Shown: positions 11,596 through 19,011 of the stretch, in pieces | Position numbering within the stretch: the stretch's first letter is position 1 | Layout: every line of letters starts with the position of its first letter | From: Planctomycetota bacterium | GTDB lineage: Bacteria > Planctomycetota > UBA11346 | Direction: 5' to 3' | Assembly: GCA_013696105.1 (NCBI GenBank) | Contig: JACCZE010000434.1 | Coordinates: forward strand, 1 to 59,115 | Length of the DNA stretch: 59,115 nucleotides | Position numbers and translations under genes: made by a program | The notes under the pieces: generated by a model | The model's input: only the letters and a program-made list of their open reading frames with translations | Told to the model about the DNA's origin: nothing | Database searches by the model: none

Positions 11596-12062
11596 CTCCG
11601 ACCCTCCATGCCATCTGCCTGTTCGCTGGCGTCGCGTCGATGTCCTTCCTGTTCGCGAAGGTCGAGATCCATATCGAAGGCGACAAGGGTTGGGCAGCGT
11701 CGCTGCCGACGTGGCGCATCGAGAAGCATTGGCTGCTCGACCTCTTCTTCGGCGGCCGCACCCTCACCGGCTACCATGCCTGGATGCTGTCGTTCATGCT
11801 CGCCGCCTTCCATTTTCCCGCGCTCGTGCTTGGCGATTGGAGCTGGCGGTACGAGGCGCTGGTGATGGCGGCCTTCATCGTCTTCTGGATCCTCGAGGAC
11901 CTGCTGTGGTTCCTCTTGAATCCCGCCTGGGGGTGGCGGCGGTTCGATCGCGTCAACGTCACGTGGCACCGGTACTGGCTGCTGTGGTTTCCCACCGACT
12001 ATTGGATCTTCACGGTTGTCGCCGCCGGACTCGGCTGGTTCGCATTGCGCCCTGCCGGCTGA
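11592..12062 (+). CDS. Small polytopic membrane protein, function unknown
   Basis: C-terminal 156 aa of track ORF 11121..12062, starting at MTPTLHAICLF. The ATG at 11592 overlaps the phoR TGA (ATGA). It has about four hydrophobic segments rich in W/F. Confidence 0.6.
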   Translation: MTPTLHAICLFAGVASMSFLFAKVEIHIEGDKGWAASLPTWRIEKHWLLDLFFGGRTLTGYHAWMLSFMLAAFHFPALVLGDWSWRYEALVMAAFIVFWILEDLLWFLLNPAWGWRRFDRVNVTWHRYWLLWFPTDYWIFTVVAAGLGWFALRPAG

Positions 12063-12363
12063 GCCGCGCCTGTCGCTCGGAAGCGCGATCCGGTCGCGTG
12101 CGGCTGCTCGCCCAGGGATCCCCTGCCTGAAAGCCACCTCCACAGCGTCGATGGATGTCCAGGGATACGGCGCTCCTGGCACACGCGCGATGATATCCGC
12201 TCCATCTTCGAACGGGCGGTGCGGCTCTTCGGTTCGCACACAGGCGATGGAATGGGCAGTTACTGCCAACGTGGTCAGGGTCGCCGCTAGACAGGGTCTC
12301 TGCGGCGAATGCTCCACCGCCGCTGGTTGCCGCACAGAGGATGAGCAGAACGTCCGTGGCTGA

Positions 12364-12630
12364 TCAGAGACCCAACGATCTCCATCCCATCGACAGGTAG
12401 CGATCCTTGGGCGTGCCGATGGCCAGACTGCGATCGCGCAGCCAGCGCGCAGCCATCCGCAGGCGCGACCGCCGCAACGCGCTGTCCGATCCGACACCTC
12501 CGACCTCGGAGATCGCGGCGCGAGCGAGCGGGCTGATATCCCCTTCATAGACTCCGCAGGCCTGGAGGAGCAGTTCGAGCATGGAGATCTCGAGATCCTC
12601 GATGTCGCTGGCGATGATGGCTGGTTCCAT
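12364..12630 (-). CDS. Hypothetical small protein (88 aa from MEPAIIASD)
   Basis: Internal ATG of track ORF 12364..12669, preceded by a strong SD (ACGGAGGAGCC-ATG). It lies 69 nt downstream of the hybrid kinase stop on the same strand. Confidence 0.5.
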   Translation of the reverse strand: MEPAIIASDIEDLEISMLELLLQACGVYEGDISPLARAAISEVGGVGSDSALRRSRLRMAARWLRDRSLAIGTPKDRYLSMGWRSLGL

Positions 12631-12699
12631 GGCTCCTCCGTTGACCGCGAGTCTATGCCCACGCAACAACGTGTGATGAGGAGCCGATCAATGAGTGGT

Positions 12700-14868
12700 T
12701 CAGCTGCGAGGTGACATGGCAGCGGCGACCGCCTGGGCGAGTTCGCTCATGACGAACGGCTTGCGCACGATCGCGACCACGGACCTGCAATCCTCCAGAG
12801 CCTGCTCGGGCACCGATCCGGTCATGATGAGGATGGGTATCGTGGACCTGATCAGCCGCAGGGCGCGCATGCAGTCCCGCCCTCCGAGTTCCGGCATGAC
12901 CAGGTCGAGCAGCACCAGGTCGATCTCGTCGCGATGCTTGCCCACATGGTCGATGGCCTGCCATCCGTCACTGCAGGCATGTACGCGATAGCCGAGGAAG
13001 ACGAGCATGCGCGCAACCGTGGCGCGCACCTGATCGTCGTCGTCGACGACCACGATCGATCCGATCCCCGCCGGTGCGATCGCCGTCCTCGATCGCGATT
13101 GCCCGGCCTGGGCAGCTCCGGCGGAGAGCGGCAGGAAAAGACGGAACGAGGTCCCGAGACCGACGTCGCTGGTGAACTCGAGATGGCCCGAATGATTGCG
13201 AGCGCAGGTGTTGACGCAGGCGAGACCGAGCCCCGTCCCCTTTCCGGCCTCCTTGGTGGTGAAGAATGGCTCCAGGACCTGGCGCTTGACCTCATCGCTC
13301 ATGCCGGTGCCGGTATCGGTCACCGATATCTCGACGAATTCCGAGCGCACGCCCACCCTCAGCCGGTGCGCTGCCCCCGCCTCGAGGCAGGTGTTCCGGG
13401 TCGAGAAGACCAGTCGGCCGCCATCTGGCATCGCGTCCCGGGCATTGATGCCGAGATTCAAGAGCGCGCGCTGGATCTCGCCCGCGTCGCCGTAGATCAC
13501 CGCGGACTTCGCCTGCAGGGAACACACGACCTCGATGGCCGGTCCGATGGTGCGTTCGAGCATGTTCGCCACCTCGGTGACCACCGTGTCGACATTCACC
13601 CAGGTCGCGCTGTCGGATCCCTTGCGCGCGAATGACATCAGCTGCTGGACCAGATCGCGCGCGCGCTCGCAGGCGGTCATGATCGGGTCGGTATCGTTCG
13701 CCTGATCGCGGGTCGCCGTACGCACCAGCATCTGCATGCGACCGGAGATGACGGTCAGGAGGTTGTTGAAATCGTGGGCGACGCCGCTGGCGAGACGCCC
13801 GAGCGCCTCCATCTTCTGTGCCTGCGCAAGCTCCAGATCACGCGCCGCGAGGGCGTGCTGAGCGGTGCGCTGCTGATGCGCAACCAGGACGAGCTGGGCG
13901 TAGTCTGCGAAGGTCGCGCCGAGCCGTTCCTCGTCCGCAGTCCAGCGTCGAGCTGCCCCGAGGTGGGCGTGGCAGAACAATCCCGCCACCCGGCCATCGA
14001 GATAGATCGGGGCATCGAGCAGTGCGCCGATGCCCGCATCGCGCAGATAGATCGGCACCAGTTCGCGGGTCCGCTCGTCATGAAGAGCGTCGGCGATGGA
14101 GAGGATGCGGTGGTCAGATAGGGCGATGCAGTAAGCGGGACAGGCGTCCGCAGGGACCTCGATGCCGTTCGCGTGGGTGCCCGCGGCCTGGTCGAAGAGA
14201 TCCAGGCAGACCAGGCGCTTCGGATCCTCACGCAGCATCCACACGCTGGTTCGGCCGACTCCGAGCGTTTCCGCCGCCGCTTCCGTGAGCGGTCGCAGTG
14301 AGCGTTCGAGGTCCTGGTGGGATCCCAGGTCGAGGCGCGCCAAGCGCAGCAGGACATCATAGACTTCGCTGCGTTCGGCGGTGACGGCCGGCGCCGGCGG
14401 GTGCCGGCGGATCACCTGCCCAAGCGAATGTTCGAGCGAGAAGCGGGTCAACCGCGAGAGCGGGATGCACGACGCGCAGGTCATGGCGGACCGATGCGCG
14501 CTCTCGAGCAGCGTGACCACGATGGATCGCCGTTCGATGCGCGCCCGCGCAGCGGAAGGCAGCCCATCGAGCAGGGCGAGCGACGATTCCTCGAACAGAT
14601 AGGCATCGAAGGTACGAGTGGCAAGCCAATGCGCGGCGACCTGCATGTCTGTTGGCAGTTCGACCGCGAAATCGGACATGCCGGTGCCCTGCATCAGCGG
14701 AACCATCAGGGTCGGCAGGATCTGGTTCGCCGCGACCACGAGCAGGCGTCGGCTGGGAGCCACGGTGCCTCTGTGGGATTCCACCCGCTCGCTGACGCGT
14801 TCGACCTCGACCGGGGTGAGGTCTGACACGGCGCCCGATCCCGATGACCTGAAACGGTTCGTGGTCAT
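12700..14868 (-). CDS. Hybrid sensor histidine kinase: degenerate receiver-like N-domain, GAF, HisKA, HATPase, C-terminal receiver
   Basis: Track ORF 12700..14967, trimmed to the ATG at 14868 (MTTNRF). The GAF-like region reads TSVWMLRED...LLDAPIYLDGRVAGLFCHAH. The H-box is GVAHDFNNLLTVI and the ATPase motifs include GTGLGLACV. The receiver reads IVVVDDDDQV...DLVLLDLVMPELGG...IMTG. Confidence 0.85.
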   Translation of the reverse strand: MTTNRFRSSGSGAVSDLTPVEVERVSERVESHRGTVAPSRRLLVVAANQILPTLMVPLMQGTGMSDFAVELPTDMQVAAHWLATRTFDAYLFEESSLALLDGLPSAARARIERRSIVVTLLESAHRSAMTCASCIPLSRLTRFSLEHSLGQVIRRHPPAPAVTAERSEVYDVLLRLARLDLGSHQDLERSLRPLTEAAAETLGVGRTSVWMLREDPKRLVCLDLFDQAAGTHANGIEVPADACPAYCIALSDHRILSIADALHDERTRELVPIYLRDAGIGALLDAPIYLDGRVAGLFCHAHLGAARRWTADEERLGATFADYAQLVLVAHQQRTAQHALAARDLELAQAQKMEALGRLASGVAHDFNNLLTVISGRMQMLVRTATRDQANDTDPIMTACERARDLVQQLMSFARKGSDSATWVNVDTVVTEVANMLERTIGPAIEVVCSLQAKSAVIYGDAGEIQRALLNLGINARDAMPDGGRLVFSTRNTCLEAGAAHRLRVGVRSEFVEISVTDTGTGMSDEVKRQVLEPFFTTKEAGKGTGLGLACVNTCARNHSGHLEFTSDVGLGTSFRLFLPLSAGAAQAGQSRSRTAIAPAGIGSIVVVDDDDQVRATVARMLVFLGYRVHACSDGWQAIDHVGKHRDEIDLVLLDLVMPELGGRDCMRALRLIRSTIPILIMTGSVPEQALEDCRSVVAIVRKPFVMSELAQAVAAAMSPRS

Positions 14869-14878
14869 GGCCTTCCGA

Positions 14879-15610
14879 TCAGCGCCGCACGGCGAACGCG
14901 CCGAGGTCGTCCCAGACCGCTCCGCGCAGGTAGAGGGATTTGTGCACCTCCGAACGCACCAGTTCACGGTCCGCCTGGGTCTTGATCTTCATCGCCAGCA
15001 GCAGATTGCTGTCGTCGTTGTGGCCCTGATCGAGTTGGCCGTGGCGCTCGAAGAAGGTCATGTCGAGATTCGCGAAGGCGATGCGCGCTCCCTGGGAGAG
15101 GTAGGGGAAATTGTTGGGAATGGTCAGCTCTCCGCCGATGCCGAGCCAGGCGAGCCCGCCGATGAAGGAGCGCTTCACCGCCTGCAACAGCCCATCGTTG
15201 AGCAGCTCGATCGAGGTCAGGGTCTCCGTACGGTCGATCTCCTCCATCGAGATGCCCATCGATGCGAGGAACTTGAGGTAGAGCATGTAGTGGGTGCCCA
15301 GCAGCGCGCCCTTGCCCATCTCCTCGTTGAGGTTGTCGAACAGCACCACGCGATCGCGGATGTCCGGTGCCATGCCCAGGAGATGTCCGAGGCACGAGGT
15401 GAAGACCTTGATGTGCTTGGAGAACTGGATGAAGGCGATGCGCACCCCGCGCTCGGCGTAGACCCCCTTGGACAACCGGATCAGGAACGGATGGTCGAAC
15501 ACCGACAGACGGCGGACCTCCTCTTCCAACGTGCGCAGGAAATGCTGATTGAGGATGACATCAGGATCCCGCAGCTCGGCGCGGTTATAAGGCAGGGATA
15601 CGCTTTCCAT
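14879..15610 (-). CDS. Heme-oxygenase-like / iron-containing redox enzyme family protein (PF14518-type fold suspected)
   Basis: Track ORF 14879..15712, trimmed to MESVSLPYN (ATG at 15610, AAGGA SD 8 nt upstream). It is all-helical with spaced carboxylate/His motifs (NLNEEMGKGALLGTHY, GIGGELTIP, FFERHGQLDQGHNDD). These resemble heme-oxygenase-like diiron or CADD/TenA-type proteins. The stop is 10 nt before the kinase ATG. Confidence 0.55.
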   Translation of the reverse strand: MESVSLPYNRAELRDPDVILNQHFLRTLEEEVRRLSVFDHPFLIRLSKGVYAERGVRIAFIQFSKHIKVFTSCLGHLLGMAPDIRDRVVLFDNLNEEMGKGALLGTHYMLYLKFLASMGISMEEIDRTETLTSIELLNDGLLQAVKRSFIGGLAWLGIGGELTIPNNFPYLSQGARIAFANLDMTFFERHGQLDQGHNDDSNLLLAMKIKTQADRELVRSEVHKSLYLRGAVWDDLGAFAVRR

Positions 15611-15748
15611 GAGTGTTCCTTGGCTGCGAGCGGACGTGGTCCCGGGAAGTTGGAACATCTGCACGGATGTGAGGTGAGGATGAAGGTGCGGTGAAGAACG
15701 CCCATGCCACATGGGCCGGTACTCTGAGCCTCCCCAGGCCGCCTGGCC

Positions 15749-15967
15749 TCATCGAGCGACGTATTGCTTCAGCAGGGACCTCGCAGCCAGGACGCAGACG
15801 TCGGCATCGCTATGGCTGTGCCGTACGCAGATCGCACAGCGATAGACCGCGACGCGGGCGCTGGACGACAGATGATCGAATGGATCGGCCCTCCGGGCCG
15901 CCGATACCAGTTCATCGGCGATGCGCTTGATGACGATCGCGCGGTCATCGGCAGGATCCCGGATCAT
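15749..15967 (-). CDS. Small hypothetical protein (72 aa)
   Basis: Track ORF MIRDPADDRAIVIKRIADELV... with a G-rich stretch (GGGGG) 6 nt upstream of the ATG. It is on the same strand as, and upstream of, the redox enzyme gene. Confidence 0.4.
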   Translation of the reverse strand: MIRDPADDRAIVIKRIADELVSAARRADPFDHLSSSARVAVYRCAICVRHSHSDADVCVLAARSLLKQYVAR

Positions 15968-16008
15968 GGCTGCCCCCGTCTGGTTATCACGACAGCCCTC
16001 CCCATCGG

Positions 16009-16110
16009 TCAGTTACCCATCCATGGGGCCACGAAACGTTCGAGCAGCCCGCTCACCAGTGGGGCAATCGCAAGCACGGTCCCGCATGCCAACCAGGTCT
16101 TTAGACGCAT
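16009..16110 (-). CDS. 33-aa hydrophobic peptide (MRLKTWLACGTVLAIAPLVSGLLERFVAPWMGN)
   Basis: Found by hand translation; it is below the track size cut-off. The ATG overlaps the end of the preceding 43-aa ORF (ATGCGTCTAA). It has a single predicted TM helix and a moderate GC3 bias. Confidence 0.4.
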   Translation of the reverse strand: MRLKTWLACGTVLAIAPLVSGLLERFVAPWMGN

Positions 16111-16232
16111 GGGTCACGGGGCCCGGGGAAGCAGCTGGGGAGGTTCGAGACAGCTCCGTATTGGTGGTCTGTTTCGCTGATGGCTGCCTGCAGGGCGGCG
16201 ATATCCACCACTTTGCGCTCGTTCATGGCCAT
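16101..16232 (-). CDS. 43-aa peptide (MAMNERKVVDIAALQAAISETDHQYGAVSNLPSCFPGPRDPCV)
   Basis: Found by hand translation; it is below the track cut-off. A strong SD (GAGGGAG) lies 7 nt upstream of the ATG, and third codon positions are GC-rich. The N-terminal part looks helical and the C-terminal tail is rich in Pro and Cys. Confidence 0.5.
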   Translation of the reverse strand: MAMNERKVVDIAALQAAISETDHQYGAVSNLPSCFPGPRDPCV

Positions 16233-16451
16233 GAAACACTCCCTCGAGACGGAATGCTAGATCCCTTGAACAAAGATCTGATGAAGGATCCGGACAGGAT
16301 CCGCGGGGTGGGCTTCAGCGCTCGCCGAGCACCCAGCGCACCGGGTACCGTGCCACCGGAACGAACCGATCCAGCAACCGATTGGCGGCCGGCAGCAACA
16401 CGAGCTCGGCCATCCCCAGGACCGATCCCGCAACCCGAACGTTTCGCGTCG

Positions 16452-16670
16452 TCACGGGGCCTGGATCGAGGACGACCTCGACCCCTCTGGCATCCCAGGT
16501 CGCTCGAGCTGATGACAACGTTCATGCAGCCGCTGGGCAGCTCCGAGATAGAGCCGGTACATCATCGGTGAGGAGGCATCCATGCTGCGTTTCGCAGAAG
16601 CGAAGAGCTCCGCGATCGCCGCCTGATGCGAATCGATGTCGTGCTGTCTTTTCCAATGGTCCTTCCGCAT
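16452..16670 (-). CDS. 73-aa helical hypothetical protein (MRKDHWKRQHDIDSHQAAIAELF...)
   Basis: Internal ATG of track ORF 16452..16826, preceded by a very good SD (CCAGGAAGGAGAAGGCC-ATG). Confidence 0.5.
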   Translation of the reverse strand: MRKDHWKRQHDIDSHQAAIAELFASAKRSMDASSPMMYRLYLGAAQRLHERCHQLERPGMPEGSRSSSIQAP

Positions 16671-16863
16671 GGCCTTCTCCTTCCTGGACCGATGGTACCC
16701 ATCATCAGCGAAGAAATCATGAAGGTTCGGTGGAGATGATCGTGCTCCGCGCCCGGCCTGCCCCCTTCGGTGGCTCGACCGGACAGGTCCGACACAGCTG
16801 CGAGCGTGCAACCGCGATGATTTCAATGGACGCTGTTCGTCCCGGACGGCTCAGGATCAGGGC

Positions 16864-17094
16864 ATGACGTGGAACGAGGACTGCCCGGTCTGCAGCGCGC
16901 ATATCGACGGCGAGATGCCTCCCCTCGAGATCCGGCTGCGTGGCGATACCGCATGGATCCGCACGTGCGGAGCCGGGTGCGCGACGACGCTCTCTGCCGA
17001 CCCCTCGCGTTACATACCCGATCAGGGTGCCCGCATGTCGCGCTGGCGCCTGCGTACAGCGGCCACTGGCGGACGGACCATGGTCGGACGGTGA
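16864..17094 (+). CDS. YHS/TRASH-like metal-binding domain protein
   Basis: Track ORF of 76 aa. CPVCSAHIDGE...GDTAWIRTCGAGCATTLSADPSRY fits the YHS pattern DPVCGM..V....G....FCS..C...F..dP..Y. Confidence 0.55.
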   Translation: MTWNEDCPVCSAHIDGEMPPLEIRLRGDTAWIRTCGAGCATTLSADPSRYIPDQGARMSRWRLRTAATGGRTMVGR

Positions 17095-17110
17095 CCGGTC
17101 ACCGGAATCC

Positions 17111-17920
17111 CTAGCGCTCGCCCAGGACGCGCCGCCGGAGCAGGTGCAGCGCCAGCGGTGCGCAGACCCCGAGCAGCGCCCCGGTGGTAGCCAACAGCCC
17201 GACGAGATTCGCCCCCGGATGACCCAGCACGAGCAGCGAACGGAAGGTCTCCGCGACGTGGTGCACCGGATTGCAGGCCACGATCGCGATGATCACCGGA
17301 TGCTCGCTGGTCATCGGGAAGTAGGTGTCGCTGATGACCGCGACCGGGATCCCGACGAGGAACGCCGGCAGATTCATGTGGTCGATCGATGGCACGATCG
17401 CGGTGAAGACCAGGGCCAAGGATGCGAACGCGCATCCGGCGAGGAATGCCAGGGGCGGTATCAGTGCCGCGGCGGTCCAGGTGAGGGTGAGGATTCCGAA
17501 GCAGTGGCAGACCAGCAGCACGACGGTGACGATCGTCGCGAACAATGCGCCGAGCAGTCCCGCCCACAGGATCTCGCCCCACAGCACGTGCTCGAGTTCG
17601 ACCTGCGTGGTCAGCAGACCATCCCAGGTCTTCTGGTAATGCATGCGCACATAGGCGGCATACAGCCCCTGGAAATACGGGGTGGTGAACGTGGTATAGG
17701 CGACCAGTCCGGGTGCGATGTAGACGATGTACGGCAGCTGCTCACCCCGCCACGGGACGCCAGCCACGTAACCGCCGAGACCGAAGCCGAACGCGAGGAG
17801 GAATACCACCGGTTCGAGGGCCGGCGGCAGCAGTCCGATGTGCCAGGTACGGAAATAGACGCGCGCGTTTCGTCGCACCACCGCCCACGAACGCCAATCA
17901 AGAGCAGCGGGCAGCCTCAT
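17111..17920 (-). CDS. ABC-2 type exporter permease
   Basis: Track ORF of 269 aa. It has six hydrophobic segments and the N-terminal VVRRNARVYFRTW motif typical of ABC-2 (NodJ/DrrB-like) permeases. It overlaps the upstream ATPase stop by 4 nt. Confidence 0.8.
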   Translation of the reverse strand: MRLPAALDWRSWAVVRRNARVYFRTWHIGLLPPALEPVVFLLAFGFGLGGYVAGVPWRGEQLPYIVYIAPGLVAYTTFTTPYFQGLYAAYVRMHYQKTWDGLLTTQVELEHVLWGEILWAGLLGALFATIVTVVLLVCHCFGILTLTWTAAALIPPLAFLAGCAFASLALVFTAIVPSIDHMNLPAFLVGIPVAVISDTYFPMTSEHPVIIAIVACNPVHHVAETFRSLLVLGHPGANLVGLLATTGALLGVCAPLALHLLRRRVLGER

Positions 17921-18846
17921 CGCCGCACCGCCAGGCGCATGAACAGGTCATCCAGGTCGGGCTCACGGACGGTGAAGCGCAGATCGGGAAAGGCGGCGGT
18001 GAACTCACCGAGTTGAGCGCCACGCAGCGGAATGTGCAGTTGGCCGAGCACCGCCGCAGGGAGCGCGATCCCGCGCGACGCCAGCCACCCGTGGAACGCG
18101 GCGGCGTCCACAGCATCGGCGTGCACGACGACCACATGCTCGCCGATCTGCTCGTCTATCACCTCGCGCGGGCTTCCTTCGGTCACCCGACGGCCGCGGT
18201 CGAGCACCACCAGCCGGTCGCTCAGCCGCTCGGCCTCGTCCATGTAGTGCGTGGTGAGGATTATCGCCAAGCCCTGGGTCCGCAGCTGGTCGACCAGACG
18301 CCAGACGTCGACACGCGCCTGCGGATCGAGACCCGTGGTCGGCTCATCGAGGAAGAGCACGCTCGGTCCATGCACCACCGCGCGCGCGATCATCAGGCGG
18401 CGGCGGAAGCCCCCCGACAACGTCACCGGGCGCTGCGCTGCGAACGGCGTGAGTCCGACCTCGTCCATCAACCCGGCGATGCGGGCGGCCAGGTCAGGGA
18501 CGCGCGGCCGGAAATATCCGGCATAGATCGCGAGATTTTGCGCGACCGAGAACTCCTCATCGAGGGTGTCGTCCTGGGTGCAGACCCCGATCGTCCGTTT
18601 GATCGCTTCCCGATCTTGGACGAAATCCCGACCGTGATAGCGGATGGCGCCGGAATCGGGGGACAGGAATCCGTAGAGCATGCGCAGGGTCGTGGTCTTG
18701 CCCGCGCCATTGGGGCCCAGCAGACCGACGACCGTGCCCGCCGCGCACACGACGTCGACGGCATCGACCACCAATCGGCCGCCCAACCGCTTGGTCAATC
18801 CGATCGCTTCGAGCGCGGGTGGTCGGGCCGAGTCGGACATGCGCAC
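17917..18846 (-). CDS. ABC transporter ATP-binding protein (DrrA/NodI-like)
   Basis: Track ORF of 309 aa. Walker A is GPNGAGKTTT, the signature is LSGGFRRRLMIARA, and Walker B is VLFLDEPTTGLD. Confidence 0.9.
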   Translation of the reverse strand: MRMSDSARPPALEAIGLTKRLGGRLVVDAVDVVCAAGTVVGLLGPNGAGKTTTLRMLYGFLSPDSGAIRYHGRDFVQDREAIKRTIGVCTQDDTLDEEFSVAQNLAIYAGYFRPRVPDLAARIAGLMDEVGLTPFAAQRPVTLSGGFRRRLMIARAVVHGPSVLFLDEPTTGLDPQARVDVWRLVDQLRTQGLAIILTTHYMDEAERLSDRLVVLDRGRRVTEGSPREVIDEQIGEHVVVVHADAVDAAAFHGWLASRGIALPAAVLGQLHIPLRGAQLGEFTAAFPDLRFTVREPDLDDLFMRLAVRR

Positions 18847-19011
18847 ACGGTAGCGTGCGTGTTGTCAGGTCCAGGTCGTATGCGCTCGCTCCACTGGTGG
18901 CTCGATCAGCAGTGGACGGACCGACACGGAGTGTGGCGTCGACGACTGCTGGTTCGATCAGCACGGCGACGAGGCGACGAACGACCTGGCTGGAGAGTTC
19001 CTCCGGCCTGC

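Noticed and set aside
12063-12363. The 300-bp gap between convergent genes as a possible ncRNA or small gene.
   Set aside because: I found no strong hairpins, repeats or SD-preceded ORFs. Track ORFs 12016..12363(+) and 11999..12241(-) have non-protein-like composition.
12700-15610. Classical bacteriophytochrome operon (bphO-bphP).
   Set aside because: The kinase has a single GAF preceded by a receiver-like domain, not the PAS-GAF-PHY photosensory core. I see no N-terminal chromophore Cys context. The enzyme does not show canonical HO-1 type motifs. Only the operon logic is analogous.
16315-16518. The 67-aa track ORF (or its 32-aa internal version MAELVLLPAANRLLDRFVPVARYPVRWVLGER) as a fifth small gene in the 15.7-16.7 kb cluster.
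   Set aside because: The long form overlaps the better-supported 73-aa ORF, and the short form has only a weak G-rich upstream sequence. I could not support it beyond being an open frame.
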